A stretch of 64,000 nt of DNA from Octopus vulgaris (lineage: Eukaryota). How positions within the stretch are numbered: the first letter of the stretch is position 1; every line of letters starts with the position of its first letter. The notes under the pieces were generated by a model. The model had not been told where the DNA came from and searched no databases. It saw only the letters and a list, made by a program, of their open reading frames with translations. A program made the translations under genes and the position numbers. The stretch covers positions 109,244,001-109,308,000 of the forward strand of contig OX597821.1 in the NCBI GenBank assembly GCA_951406725.2, read 5' to 3'. Shown here one piece after another: positions 27,331-44,390 of the stretch.

Positions 27331-27600
27331 TGTGTATTTGAATATATACATGTGTATGTGTTTATACATAGATATATGTACGTGTGTTTCAGGCATATTC
27401 ATGTGTGTATGTTTATATATGTATATATGTGTTTATGTATAAAAATGCATCTATATTTATGTATATAAACGTGTCTGTGTGTGTGAGTGCGTGTATGAAT
27501 TTATATATAGACATATGAGCGCTTTATGTACAGACATGTGAGTGTTTATGAATAAATATGTGTGCGTGTGTTCATGTATAAATATGCGTGAGTGTTTACG

Positions 27601-27632
<32 letters not shown>

Positions 27633-28019
27633 TGTATGCACATCTATGTGTATGTGTATGTTCATGTATATGTGTATGAGTATGAATTTATATATACACA
27701 TATGTGAGTATTAATGTATATATGTGCGTGTGTGTGTCCATGTATACATATATATATATATATATATATGCGTGAATGTTTACGTATATTTATTTGTGTG
27801 TGTGTGTGTGTGTGTAAATATATGTGTATGTGTATGTGTAAGAATTTAAATGTGTGAACGGAATAAATCTCTGTTTAACAGAAACAGCGTCGTATCTGTA
27901 CAAATCGCAACAAAATTTAATAAGGGAAAAGAAGACGGCGGGAATAACACTATTATGGGACGACATAGTGAAATTACAAATGATATAAAATGTGGTGGTG
28001 GTGGAGAGACGAGGAGGAG

Positions 28020-28162
28020 GAAGAGGAGAAGAAGAAGAAGAAGAAGAAGAAGAAGAAGAAGAAGAAGAAGAAGAAGAAGAAGAAGAAGAAGAAGAAGAAG
28101 AAGAAGAAGAAGAAGAAGAAGAAGAAGAAGAAGAAGAAGAAGAAGAAGAAGAAGAAGAAGAA
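28020..28162. repeat. (GAA)n microsatellite
   Basis: Directly visible. Confidence 0.97.
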
Positions 28163-28445
28163 ATAAGAACAAATACAAGATCAACAACAACAACAACCAA
28201 AGTACAACAACTGCAAGATAAAGAACTGCACTGATGCAGCCTTTTGTCGCAAAGAAAAATGTGTGCAGATGGACAAAAAGCGACAGCTGGTGTCAAGAAA
28301 AAACAAAAATACGAAGAGTAACATTAAGAAAATGTGAAAGCAAAGGGAGATAATAAGAGATTAGAATTTAAACCTCTTTGCTGTAGTTTTTCGCTTGACG
28401 AAACATTTATAGTTAGTGGTCGTCGTCGTCGTCGTCGTCGTCGTC

Positions 28446-28478
<33 letters not shown>

Positions 28479-28479
28479 A

Positions 28480-28526
<47 letters not shown>

Positions 28527-28757
28527 TTGAATGTTATTGTTGTTTAGCTCCAAGTAAACCCTGATGTAGTAGCGTGGTAGCAAAGATTTTCCAAAATTGG
28601 TCAACATCGCGTAATTTCATATTCTTTTATTCTTTTATTCTTTTTACTTCTTTCAGTCATTTGACTGCGGTGATGCTGGAGCACCGCCTTTTGTCGTCGA
28701 ACAAATCAACCTCCCAGGACTTACTCTTTGTAAACCTAATACTCATTCTATCTTATT

Positions 28758-29293
28758 TTTGAGGGAGGGGGTCAGTCGACTCCAGTACGCAACTGGTACT
28801 TTATTTACCGACACCGAAAGGATAAGTCAACCTTCGCGGAATTTGAACTCAGAACATAAAGACAGACGAAATACCTATTTCTTTACTACCCACAAGGGGC
28901 TAAACACAGGGAACAAACAAGGACAGACAAACGGATTAAGTCGATTATATCGACACCAGTGCGTAACTGGTACTTATTTAATCGACCCCGAAAGGATAAA
29001 AGGCAAAGTGGACCTCGGTGGAATTTGAACTCAGAACGTAGCGGCAGACGAAATACCTATTTCTTTACGAACCCACAAGGGGCTAAACACAGAGGGAACA
29101 AACAAGGACAGACAAACGGATTAAGTCGGTTATATCGACCCCAGTGCGTAACTGGTACTTAATTTAATCAACCCCGAAAGGATGAAACGCACAGTCGACC
29201 TCGGCGGAATTTGAACTCACAACGTAGCGGCAGACGAAATACCGCTAAGCATTTCGCCAGGCGTGATAACGTTTCTGCCAGCTCGCCACCTTA
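28758..29293 (-). mobile_element. SINE family A, head-to-tail trimer
   Basis: One head plus two headless units joined at AAAGAAATAG|GTATTTCGTC. Confidence 0.85.
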
Positions 29294-29367
29294 AAGAAGG
29301 GTATTGATACTAAACGGGTACATATTTTTGTGTATGTGTGGAGAGAGAAAGAGAGAGGGGGGAGACT

Positions 29368-29398
<31 letters not shown>

Positions 29399-29410
29399 GC
29401 TGACAGATTG

Positions 29411-29509
<99 letters not shown>

Positions 29510-30612
29510 TATTGATTGATGCTTGTAATGAGTGCATGCCTTTGTGTTTTGTTCCCCTACCCCCTGACAACCTGTATTGTTTGGTTTACGTCCACATAAC
29601 TAAACATTTCCGTAAAAATGACCAATAGAACAAGCATCAGACTTCAAAAAAGTAGTTGGGTCAAATTTATTTGACTAACAACTTCAAGGCGGTGCCCCAG
29701 CTTGGCCGCAACACAATGACTAAAACAAATAAAAGAATAAAAGATTAAACATCTTGCATGTTGAACCATCACACAGAGATCCCCTCGTGGGCTATAGTAA
29801 TCACATGCTCCTGGGCTATATTGATCACATGCCGCACATGAGCTCACTCGCCACCCTCGCCGTCCTCCCCCACTCCCATCAAATTGAAGTTGTCTGAACA
29901 GGTGCACGGTGTGCCGCATGCCAGGTGTCGAGATAATTCCAGGCTAACAAAAAATGAAGTGTTTTGTTCAAAAACACAACGTACCACCCGGACTAGGAAT
30001 TGAAACCACGCTCTCGCGATCGTGAGTGCAACATTCTAACCACCTGTCCATACGCCCTCACATGCTTTCTCGTATGGATGTCATAAAATGCCAACCAAAT
30101 GACCAGACCAGCTGTCAAGGTTACTTGTTCTTCTATGAATTCGAATTTAAAACAGAATGCATTTATAGAATTACCATAATTAAAAGCTTTTTTTATCTTT
30201 CATTTTTTCCATGTCTGTGAGCTGATGGAATTGCCATTCTCTCTTTAAAACAATTTTCAATGTAGTCTTTAGTTGCGAAAACATTGGAATTTTTTTGTCA
30301 ATTGAATTTGTATAATAAAACCATTTCTATATATTTTCGTTCAAATGTTATTGAACCTTTTAGCGCTGGTGGATTCTGCACCTGTTCCCTTTACAGGACT
30401 ATTATCAATATACATGAGCCAAAGAGGGGAGCCTCTACATGGTGGCACTATCTACTAGAAATGGTAGTCAAATCTACGTAAAAATCACTGGTATAGATAA
30501 GGACGGGAAAAGCATGCGTCTACACGATCTGATATGATCTTCGACTAAACACCTGTAAAAGATTACTGCTTGTATATTAGACAACTTCTAACGAGACTGC
30601 ATCGTGTGTGTG

Positions 30613-30675
<63 letters not shown>

Positions 30676-30754
30676 GTATATATATGCATATATATACATA
30701 TATATATGTATATGCATATATATATAAATGTGTATAGATTATTTATTATATGTC

Positions 30755-30796
<42 letters not shown>

Positions 30797-30973
30797 TATG
30801 TATGCATGCATGTATGATGTACGTATGTGTGTCTTTGTGTTTGCAATTGTCCCCCCACCACTGCGTGACAACCGATGTTGCTACGTTTATGTCCCCATAA
30901 CGCACCGGTTCGGCAAAAGTAACCGATGCAAAAAGGGCTTGGCTTAACAAAAATGAGAACAAAAACAGACACA

Positions 30974-31009
<36 letters not shown>

Positions 31010-31016
31010 TATATAT

Positions 31017-31056
<40 letters not shown>

Positions 31057-31341
31057 GACGGCCTTCTTTCAGTTTCCGTCTACCAAATCCACTCACATGG
31101 CTTTGGTCGGCCCGAGGCTATAGTAGAAGACACTTACCCAAGGTTCCACGCAGTGGGACTGAACCCGGAACTATGTGGTGTGCAAGCAGGCTACTTACCA
31201 CACAGTCACTCCTACGCCTGTAAAACTAGTTTTACAGATACGTCTTTCAAAATTGTTATTTTGCTGTAATATGTAAAATGTTAGAAAAGGTTGTTTATTT
31301 TTTTTTGTATATATTATTTATATTATTGTCAATTGTATATA

Positions 31342-32198
31342 CAGGTTGCGATTGATGAATTGTTGCCATTTTATAGTCTTTAATTTCGCGCATACGCATT
31401 GTTTGTCTTTGATTTTGTCGACTGCAGAGTATAGAACTGTCATTTGGGCACCGTCTGTGAGAAAAACAGCACCATGACGCAATTTACTCTGCCAAAAATT
31501 TGGAAACGACAGGCTGCACTGCTTGGCATTCGCGCCGGTAGCTTCAATAGAACAGATGGTGATCACAGAACAATTGTTGGCCTGACGTCTCCCCAAAACA
31601 TGTACCGAGAGAGATAAAAAGATCAAACATCCTGTCAACATCAAGGTGTTTGGAGTGACCACTAGTGATGGCGACGTCTTGCTTCCATTCATCTTCCCAC
31701 ATGGCCTTAGACTCAACACGGAGGACTACATCAAGTGCCTAGAGTGGGTACTGCTACACTGGGTTAAAAGGGTGTCTGCTGGAACACTCTATGCCTGGTA
31801 ACAGGACTCTGCACCATGCCACACAAGCAGGAGAACCTAGCCATGGCAGTCAGACAATTTCTGCGACCATATCACCCCTAACATCTGGCCGCCTATATCC
31901 CCAGACTGCAACTCACTTGATTATTATGTGTGGGGCGCAGTTGAGCAAAAGACCAACAAACAGGAACTGAAGGGAGGGATAATGGCAGCATTCCCCATCC
32001 AAAACAGTTGCTGGAGATTCCAAAGTCGTCCAAAGATCGTGATTAATTGAAGCCAATGTCGATTTTATTGAATAAATTTACTCTTTAGTATTTCAAGATA
32101 TTTTATGCAATTTTGGTAAATATATCTATTAAAATGAGATGTCAAGTGTTATTTTCATTTTTGCATAATTTAAACGACAATACTTTCACCGCACCCTG
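31342..32198 (+). mobile_element. Internally deleted DD37D (maT-type) Tc1/mariner transposon
   Basis: TA-flanked imperfect TIRs (CAGGTTGCG.. / ..CGCACCCTG); translation KHPVNIKVFG..W*QDSAPCH..WPPISPDCNSLDYYVWG, with 37 residues between the second and third Asp; in-frame stops. Confidence 0.88.
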
Positions 32199-32204
32199 TA
32201 TATA

Positions 32205-32239
<35 letters not shown>

Positions 32240-32297
32240 ATATATATATATATATATATACAAATGTATACCTTTACATACATATACGTGCATACAT

Positions 32298-32338
<41 letters not shown>

Positions 32339-32520
32339 AGCAACAATGATGTCCAAGGTAGAGTAGTACAATTGTTTCATGCTACTTCATTTTATTAAAC
32401 ACTGTAAGTATTACATCAGTTTTAAAATGTCGAGCAATCTTCAGCCACATATAGAAGTTTTCAATTAACCGGACAATGCACATTCTTATCCTTATTTCAT
32501 TTGCCAACATTACAAAGAGG

Positions 32521-32585
<65 letters not shown>

Positions 32586-33084
32586 ATATCCAAGGATCGA
32601 GGTGTAGGAAGAAAGTTAGCTTCAAGCAATCCGTAGTAAATATAAGAAGCAACTTTTAGGAACAAACAGTGGTTTATTGAGACGGAAGGTTGTAGATTTT
32701 CTCCGTATCGAAGTACGATAAACTGAAAAATGTCCTTTTAATATTTCACGATAATTATATAAAGCTAAATGTTTTTAATGATTCCTTAAAATACTGCTGT
32801 GAAACCCCAGTTTACTATTTTGATTGTGTGGCCTTCCAAAAGTCTTATATGGACCCTCAAGGGGTCATAGAGACTCCTGGTGAGATTCACTGCTCTATAC
32901 AACACTATGTATTATTTCTATGTTGCTCTAATTGTAATTTTAAGAGCTTAAGGGCGGTGAGCTGGCAGAAACCTTAGAGTGTTCGGTAAAATGCTTTGCA
33001 GGAAATGTAGCATAACATCACACACGTTAGGCTAAACTGCATGAAATCCTCTTTCTGTACAAACGCTTCAGGATGCACGCAACG

Positions 33085-34895
<1,811 letters not shown>

Positions 34896-35108
34896 TTGTT
34901 ACTATTATTAAGTTTTTCTGTGTTCACGTATTTATTTACTCATCTTCGCACAACAACCAACCATTCGTTCATTTTGTTTCCCTTAGGTTTTTGCTTGTAT
35001 TATTTTTGCTCTCCATTCAATAGTATCTGAGAAACATACCACATTGCACTGTTGTTTCAAAAATCGCTTGAAAAGAATTTTTCAACACGCACACGCACAT
35101 ACGCCCTT

Positions 35109-35142
<34 letters not shown>

Positions 35143-35272
35143 GCATACACAGAAAAGCACACATGCGCACAGGAGCTCACATATACAGGTATATACATGT
35201 TTTTTGCTACATCCACATACACATATCACAAATGCAATCACATATCTTCCCACATGTTTGAGCACATGAATA

Positions 35273-35326
<54 letters not shown>

Positions 35327-35384
35327 CACAGAAGGAGAGATTTATATGTATGTATATATATATATACATATATATCTGCATATT

Positions 35385-35449
<65 letters not shown>

Positions 35450-35840
35450 ATATATACATAGGCAGAAATATATATTTATAAATACATGGACATATACATG
35501 TATGTATATATATATATAATATTATATATATATATATATGTGTGTGTGTCTCGCGTGTATATGTAAGACTCTCTTTCTCTCTTTCTGTGAATGTATAGAC
35601 ATATATCTGCGTAGGTTATATAAATGTATATATGTAGATATGTATACATACCTATTAATATAATATAATGTATATATCTATATATATATATATACATACA
35701 TATATATATATACGTATATACATACATGCATACATCTCTGTCTATATATATATGCATGTATATATATGTGTGTGTGTATGTATATATATGCATATATATG
35801 TATATCTACAAGTGTATATATACATACGTTTCGCATATGT

Positions 35841-35891
<51 letters not shown>

Positions 35892-36643
35892 AAACGTATG
35901 TATATAAAAGCCTCGTTCTATGAGTTAGCGATAAAACTCTAAGTACGTTGAGAAGCTGGAAGATGGAAGGTAAACAAATAAGAAATCAAAAATGTAATGA
36001 ATAGAAAGAAAAACATTAAATATATATAGATAGATAAATAAATAAATAAATATATTGAAAATGGATATGAATTGACTTGAAGAGACAAGACTGGTTGATG
36101 GTGAGTAGAATATGGCTGAAGTAGGAAGAGGGATGTGAGGAGGAGGAGGAGGAGGAGCGGAAGAGGAGAGGAGGAGGAGATGGCGAAAAAGGAGCGAGGA
36201 ACAGGTGAAGAATAAGAAGAAGAGCGAAAGATGGAAATGATAATGATTATGATAATGATTAGAGTGTGGCGGAGAAGAATGGAGATAAAAGAAGAAAAAT
36301 GTATGAAAGGAGAATGTAAGAAATGTTGAAGGAAATGGAGGAGGAGGAGGAGGAGGAGGAGATGAAGAAGGGTGATGTTGAATGTAGGTTCATGATTGAA
36401 GGTTGTAGGGGAGGAGGATGATGAGGAGGATGAAGATAAGGAGGACGAGGAGAAGACGGACATGAAGAAAATTTAGAAGACGATGGCGATAGATGATGGC
36501 CGTGATGGCGGCGGTGGTGGTGGTGGTGGTGGTCGTCGTCATCGTCGTTGTCGCCATCGTGGTGGTCGTGACAATGGTGATATCGACAAAACCAACAAGA
36601 TCTTCAACCATTCTTAAGCAAAATTTTCTATGTCAACAACTAG

Positions 36644-36676
<33 letters not shown>

Positions 36677-36680
36677 AATA

Positions 36681-36712
<32 letters not shown>

Positions 36713-36910
36713 GGGTATGCTGTGCCTAGTATATTTTGCCCCAGTGTCACTTTATTAGTATTATACTAATACTAATACTGAGAGGAAGAAGAAGAAGAAG
36801 AAGAAGAAGAAGAAGAAGAAGAAGAAGAAGAAGAAGAAGAAGAAGAAGAAGAAGAAGAAGAAGAAGAAGAAGAAGAAGAAGAAGAAGAAGAAGAAGAAGA
36901 AGAAGAAGAA

Positions 36911-38995
36911 TGTTGCGGATCGATACTCACGATAGACTCGGCTGATAACCGGATCCGTCCTACACATGACAACAGCTGTTCGACAAACCTCACAGGTCAG
37001 TAATGCACCGACATTGGACGAGTGCATGCAAGACGGCTTCATCGCCCGGCGTACACCACGAACAGGTCCGTCTGACAGCACTTCCATCTATGTAGAGCTT
37101 GTCTCGGACTAGCAGAGCTCCCCGGTTGCTCTACCAGGTCAGGGATTTCTGGAAGTTGTCCATAGGCCCTGCTTCGAAGGTCCTCCAGAAAACATCAGTT
37201 ACTTTATCCCTCTGGACGGCGCTATTTTCCTCCACTAATTCTCAGTAGAACTCCATACTGGAACTTTCACCGACCGCGTTGCCCGACTGGCAGAAGGCCC
37301 TTCCTTGATCTACGCTTGACCCAGAACTGTAGCTCCATCAATGAGATGAACTGCGGAAAGTCCCGTTTGACGAACGGTGACCACACCTCCTCACTGTTAA
37401 GGAAAGGCTCGAGACTTTGCAGCCTCAACACATGTCTGCGCATCATTAGCCACGGCATGCCCAGTCATCCACTCACCGACTGCCGACAGCAGATGGACCG
37501 TCTGATGAACGAAACACGTCCCTTCCATAGAACGTGGAAGAGCAAGCACTCCAACTTTATCAGGCATGAAGTGGGGCAAGAGAAGATGGTCAGGCGGTAG
37601 TAGATGGCGGAAGCAATGTACGCATTCACCACCTCCGCTCGACCCTTCGGGAAGAGCTTCGTCTCTGCCTATTTCTGAGAGAGATTGGCTAACCTGCTCG
37701 TCACCTTCCTCCAGTTCTTGTCCACCTGGAGGTCTGGACCAAACCAGACCCCGAGCAATTTAACCGATCCTTCCGTCCAGCGCCGTACAAACTGTCGGTT
37801 GACACGGACCTTCCTCTCCAGGTGCCGAGCTGCAGACCCTGGTGGATCTTTGATCCTGTCGCCACTTCGAACTCCCTTAGAGCAGTGCCGACCACCTCGT
37901 TTTCCGAGATGAACGACACTGTTACAGTGATGTCGTCCGTGTAAGCCCACACAAACCTTCTGCATGCTAAATCACGCGGGATACCTCGCGAAACATCCAC
38001 CTTCCGGAGCAATAGCTCCATAGCCAGTACATACAGAAGAGGTGAGAGGCGAAAGGCGAGAGACGAGAGTAGGCGTCAATGACAGACCGAACCAGCTATG
38101 CCTTTCCTAAGCGCCTCTTCTAGCTTCCTAACTAGGTTTCTATATATCCTAGATTCTTCTATCTCTATTTCCTTACTAAAACCTACCGCCCCTACTCTAA
38201 CAGCCCTCTTCAGGGCTATCTACTAACGGCTTTTGACGATTGCGCCCGCCAACTCTCGATGGACTAAATTGCTAACTTGGTCTCTGAAAGCTTGGCGCAT
38301 TAGGAAGGATGCGTTCAACTTCGAGTATCCGGGGCCCTGTCAATGGATCCTATCTGTGTCCATCGTACGTAACACATTTTATGGTCCGTACAACCGACAA
38401 CTTTGAGACATGGGCAACTTGTATTACTTCTATCTACAAGTCTACAAAATGCTCTATCTAGATACGATCTGGAAGATCCGATGCGGTTTGCCCATGTCCA
38501 TATTGGCACATTCAGGAAGTCCATTCGGTACCTGTCAGCTAACTGGGAGTGACTGTGTGGGTTTGTGAGGTTTTTACTCCCCCGTCTGGTGTCAGATAGC
38601 CCCACCTTATCCAGGCGTGCGTCCAAGATGGCGCTCCAGTCATTCACTAACATTAAAGAGCGTGACGTTTCATGGAAAATCTCCAAACGTCTGAAGAAAT
38701 CTGGCTCCTTCTTTCCCGTGATTGCGTAAACAGTGACTAGTCACTGTCGCTCACATCCAGGACCACCAACTTACCCCCCGGGTCCAAGAAGATCGTCCGA
38801 GCTTCGAGATTCAGACCTTTCCTAAACAGCACTGCCACCTCGCCTCCCATTCCGGACCAACTAAGAGATAAGTAGATCTCATAATCATTGAAAATTGGTA
38901 CGTGATCGCATGTGTCGGACATCCTAGTCTCACTGGCTGCTATCACATCCAAGCCTAACGACCTGAAGTTATTGAACAAGCGTCCTTGCTTCCAG
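36911..38995 (-). mobile_element. Degenerate L1/Tx1-clade LINE fragment (APE + RT) with internal deletions
   Basis: APE motifs LDVIAASET, LVNDWSA..D, WTW..SYLDR..TDHK; RT motifs LSPLLYVLAMELLL, AYTDDIT, KLLGVWF; frameshifted. Confidence 0.85.
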
Positions 38996-39181
38996 GGTGA
39001 CTGCAAGGGTGGTGCTGGTGGTGGCAGCGGCGGCGGCGGTGGTAGTTGTGTCGGTGGTGATGCCGTTAATTGTGGTGGTTGTAACAAAGCAGTGGATAGA
39101 CTAGATTTTTGGCTATAATCTAATTTTCGCTCAAGGTCAGCAATTTAAAAAAAAAAAACTGAGAGAAGTCCATCGTAAATA

Positions 39182-39229
<48 letters not shown>

Positions 39230-40074
39230 TACAACCACCGCTTCACATCCGGTGATGATGTACTTATGTCTCCGCAACTTAGTAGTTAGGCAACAGAAAC
39301 TGATGGACCAGGTACCAGGCTTTAAAGAAAGTAACTACTGAAGTTGATTCATTCGACTGTAAGTTTTCAAGGCAATGCACCAGCATGGCCGCAGTCAAAT
39401 GACTGAAACAGTTAAAAGATAAATTATGATCATGTTATTTTATTTTCTTGTCTCATGTCCACGCGGTGAAGGTGACCTAGGGCGAAATCACAACACCATA
39501 TGCATGCAAGTTATCTTTACCCGAAATCAAAACCGAATCACAATTATTAATCCTCTTCCAAATGTTTTCACTGATATTTTTTTTTTTTTGTTTCCACGAC
39601 TATAGTGCTTTTTGTTTGTATTTATTTGTTTGGGCCTTTCTTTCAATGCTTTTTCTAATTTTTTTTAGTACCACTCAGACATTTAAATTCAGAATAGCAA
39701 ATATTCGTCTTAAATTGAGCTCAAATTTGTATCAACAGAATATTTAGTTCTATTCACGTCATATTCATGGCTCAAAGGAATACCAAAAAAATACCGAGCG
39801 ATTAAAGTTCTTGCTATAAGCAACCATCGTAATTGCGTCCGTATTTATTATTATTTTTATGTTAATTTAAAATATATATTTTTAATTAAACATTAAAACA
39901 CATGTTTCTGTCGTCGATGATCTTTCGTTGGAGTACAAATTTGTGTGGGATTTCCTAATGAAAAGAAACCAAGCCGAGAAAATACAAAAATAGACTTGGC
40001 CATTCTGTATCAGTGAAACGAATTTGTAAACGTTTGTCTATCACTTATTAAATGTTCTTTTAAAGGGAAATAAA

Positions 40075-40150
40075 ATAATCCCTCGACTATCGTGGGTGTT
40101 GCGTTCCAAAACCCCCGAGATAGGTGAAAATCCGCGAGGTAGAAACAGTA
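40075..40150 (+). mobile_element. Tigger/pogo-like MITE terminus
   Basis: TAATCCCTCGACTATCGTGGGTGTTGCGTTCC..TCCGCGAGGTAG; related copy at 60417-60486. Confidence 0.55.
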
Positions 40151-40571
40151 CTCTTTTACTCTTTTACTCTTTTACTTGTTTCAGTCATTTGACTGCGGCC
40201 ATGCTGGAGCGCCGCCTTTAGTCGAGCAACTCGACCCCGGGTCTTATTCTTTTTGTAAGCCCAGTACTTATTCTATCGGTCTCTTTTTGCCGAACCGCTA
40301 AGTGACGGGGACGTAAACACACCAGCATCGGCTGTCAAGCAATGCTAGGGGGACAAACACAGACACACACACATACACACATATATATATATATATACAT
40401 ATATACGACGGGCTTCCTTCAGTTTCCGTCTGCCAAATCCACTCACAAGGCATTGGTCGGCCCGGGGCTATAGCAGAAGACACTTGCCCAAGATGCCACG
40501 CAGTGGAACTGAACCCGCAACCATGTGGTTGGTTAGCAAGCTACTTACCACACAGCCACTCCTGCGCCTAT
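40151..40571 (-). mobile_element. SINE family B, full length, young
   Basis: Nearly identical to 9308-9739. Confidence 0.92.
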
Positions 40572-40859
40572 GTATATATTTTTTTATTATTTTTATAATT
40601 TGTAAATATTTATTCTTTTCAAGGTCAGTCTAAATCAAGGAGTTCTCAAACGTTTTTTGTTTTTTTTCAATCTATGGACTTCTTTGAATACTATTTCATT
40701 CTGGTGGACCTCGGCAGCCATTCGACGTTTAAAAATTAGTTTTATAGACATTTCCTTCAAAATTCCTATTTCGTCTCTCACATATTTACAACTGCAGGTT
40801 CACAATTGCATTCGCTGAGAGAGAGCATGTTTCATTGGCCGGAAATATTCTCTCTCTCT

Positions 40860-41097
40860 CTTTTCACTCTCTTTTACTCTTTTACTTGTTTCAGTCATTT
40901 GACTGCGGCCATGCTGGAGCACCGCCTTTTTAGTCGAGCAAATCGACCCCAGGACTTATTCTTTGTAAGCCTAGTACTTATTCTATCGTTCTCTTTTGCC
41001 GAACCGTTAAGTTACGGGGACATAAACACAGCAGCATCGGTTGTGAACCGATGTTGGAGGGGACAAACACAGACACACAATATATACACACACATAC

Positions 41098-41146
<49 letters not shown>

Positions 41147-41318
41147 TAATTAAGGGTTAATTGCAACAGGTTGCTCAAAACCACATACCGAAAACATTAG
41201 AAATAGCAGCTAAAATTGATCACTATTTCCTCTACTAATAAAAAGTCTCCACAAACAAACAGAATTTGTAACCTGTATATGGCAAAAACGTCTCCACAAA
41301 CAAACAGAATTTGCATTT

Positions 41319-41413
<95 letters not shown>

Positions 41414-41433
41414 CGGAATGGTCATATTTAAAC

Positions 41434-41472
<39 letters not shown>

Positions 41473-41627
41473 GACGGGCTTCTTTCAGTTTCCGTCTACC
41501 AAATCCACTCACAAGGCTTTGGTCGGCTCGAGGCTATAGTAGAAGACACTTGTCCAAGGTGCCCCGCAGTGGGACTGAACCCGAAACCATGTGGTTCGTT
41601 AGCAAGCTACTTACCACACACCCACTC
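40860..41627 (-). mobile_element. SINE family B split by an insertion in its internal (TA)n
   Basis: 3' half at 40860-41100, 5' half at 41470-41627, unrelated sequence at 41150-41440 between (TA)n tracts. Confidence 0.75.
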
Positions 41628-42344
41628 TAGTGGAGGGAGTTTTTGAACACTTTAAAGCTTTTTTTCTTCTTTTGATAATCTGTTTCGGTTTAATTTTCAC
41701 GAGAGTGGCCCTCAATTTACTATTAGCACTCAATTTACTATTAGTTTTTCATGCAGGGGATGTCACTGAGAAGTACATCTGTTTCTCCATTGATTAAGAT
41801 GAATCATCCAACACTTTTGTTTCAATGTAACAGTTCGTTTGTGTCCACATCTAAATACAATCAGAGGTGATCGATCTGTTTCCAGATGTATCGATAGGAT
41901 GACGGGAAGAGAAATAGGGAGATAGAAAGGAAGCTGGTAAGAGGAAGAAAAGGGTGATGGAGAGAGGATGGGAAAAAAAGCAAGAAGGAATGAAATAAAG
42001 AAAGGGGGAAAGTGGCAACGGAGTGGGGGAAGTGAGGACGATATCGGCAAGAGAATGAGAGTGAAATAGAAAAGGAATGAATATAGGTAAGAAAGAAAAA
42101 ATGAAGGAAAGATGAAAAAGGAGAAAGAAAGTTAAGAATGAAGGCACACAGGCGTTTGAAGGAAAGAATGAAAGAAACAATCTAAGAAGAATTTAGAGAT
42201 CAAAGGAAAGAAAGCGGGTGAATGAGTGAGGGAAGAAGTGAACGAATGAAGGAGCGGACGAACGTGCGAACGAAGGCGCGAACGAACGAGAAAGGTATAT
42301 GCTTAGACAAAGAAAACAGAAAGCGAACGAAAGGCAAAGATCTT

Positions 42345-42875
42345 TTCGTCTTTTCAGACTTTATTCACTTCAGTCATTGGAGTACGGCCATGCTGGAGTA
42401 CTGCCAGTACTTGTTTGCAGGCCTGGTACTTGTTCTGTTCTTTGCTTTTTGTCCGACCGCTATGTTACGGGGACGTAAACAAACCAAGCGGCGGTAGGGG
42501 ACAAACACAATCATAGACACGCAAACATACACACACACATACATTCACACACACACACACACATATATATTTATGTATGTATGTATGTATGTATGTATGT
42601 ATGTATGTATGTATGTATGTATGTATGTGTGAGTGAGTATGTATGGCGTGGCTGTGTGGTAAGAAGCTTGCTTCCCAAACACGTGGTTCCGGGTTCAGTC
42701 CCACTGCATGGCACCTTGGGCAAGTGACTTCTGCTATAGCCACGGGCCGACCAAAGCCTTGTGAATGGATTTAGTAGACGGAAACTGAAAGAAGCCCGTC
42801 GTATATATATGTGTGTGTGTGTGTTTGTCCTCACACCATGGAGTCACAGCCGATGTTGGTATGTTTATGTCTCAG
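42345..42875. mobile_element. SINE family B fragments (- 3' half, + 5' half) around (ATGT)n
   Basis: Family B motifs in both orientations. Confidence 0.75.
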
Positions 42876-43079
42876 GAACCAGGATTACAAAGAATAAAAG
42901 AATACGAGAGAGAGAGAGAATGGGTGAGAGGGGAGTGGGAGAGAGAAAGAGAGAGATAGAGAAAGAAAAAGGAGAGAGAAAGAGAAAGAGAGAGAAAAAG
43001 AGAGTGAAAGAAAGAGAGGGAGAGAGAAAGAAAGAGAGGAAGGGAATAAGAGAGAGAAAGAGAGGGGAGCAAGAGAGAA

Positions 43080-43116
<37 letters not shown>

Positions 43117-43201
43117 CAGAGAGAAGGACAGACAGAGAGAGAGAAGGAAAGAGATAGCGAGAGACTGGTTGAACAGAAAGGGATGGAGAGAGAGAGAGAG
43201 C

Positions 43202-43237
<36 letters not shown>

Positions 43238-43398
43238 TGGGCGGTGGGAAGGAAAGGCGGATGGGAGTGATTAGTGAATGGTTATCGATCTGTGCCGAGG
43301 TTATAATGAGAGATTCATTACAAATATAACAAGCGTGTCAAAAGTATAACGAACGGGAAGGACAGCTGAGCAGCTGATCACTCTGTGTGTGTGTGCGT

Positions 43399-43441
<43 letters not shown>

Positions 43442-43550
43442 TGTGTGTATGTGTGTGGAGAGAGAGAGAGAGAGAGACAGAAAGGGAGGAAGACAGGGAG
43501 CAATAGCACATAAACAAATGTAAGATATACATATATGTTTGGTATTTTTC

Positions 43551-43607
<57 letters not shown>

Positions 43608-43803
43608 CGTGACACAGAGCGAGAGCGAGAATATGCAAATACACACATGCAGATAAGAAAAGAAATTGATGGCTTACTCGCAGCTGAGGCGATGCTCCAG
43701 CATGGTTGCACTCCCACGACTGAAACCATTAAAAGTACAAAATACAAAGAATAAAAACAATATAAAATATCCAAAAATATATATGTGGTTGTGTCTTCGT
43801 GTA

Positions 43804-43849
<46 letters not shown>

Positions 43850-44390
43850 AAAGAGACAGAAAAGGGGAGGGAGACAGACAAATAGACAGACAGCAAGAGT
43901 TTATAAAAATAAAATATATGATATGCGTGTGTGTGTATCTATGTTTGACAACCGGTGCTGGTTTGTTTACGTCTCCGTAAATTAGCTGTTCGGTAAAAGG
44001 AGTAGTATAGAATAAGTACCTACGTAAAAGGCTTAAAAACTGTACAGCGGGGTCTATTCGTACAACTAAACATCCTTCAGGGTGGTGCCCCAGCATGGCC
44101 GCAGTTTAATGACAAAAACAAGTAAAAGATAAAGATATGCATATGCGTGTCTGTGTATTACTCTTTTACTTGTTTCATTGTGTGTTTGTGTATATATTTA
44201 TATATATATATACAATGGGCTTCTTTCAGTTTCCGTCTACCAAATCCACTCACAAGGCTTTAATCGGCTCGAGGCTATAGTAGAAGGCACTTGCCCAAAG
44301 TGCTACGCAGTGGGATTGAACCCGGAACCATGCGGTTGGTAAGCAAGCCTTTCACCGCATAGCTATGCCTGTTGTAAGTATGATTGTATA

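Noticed and set aside
28758-29293. CRISPR-like or regularly spaced repeats
   Set aside because: Units are ~180-bp SINE modules without unique spacers; eukaryotic context and no cas genes.
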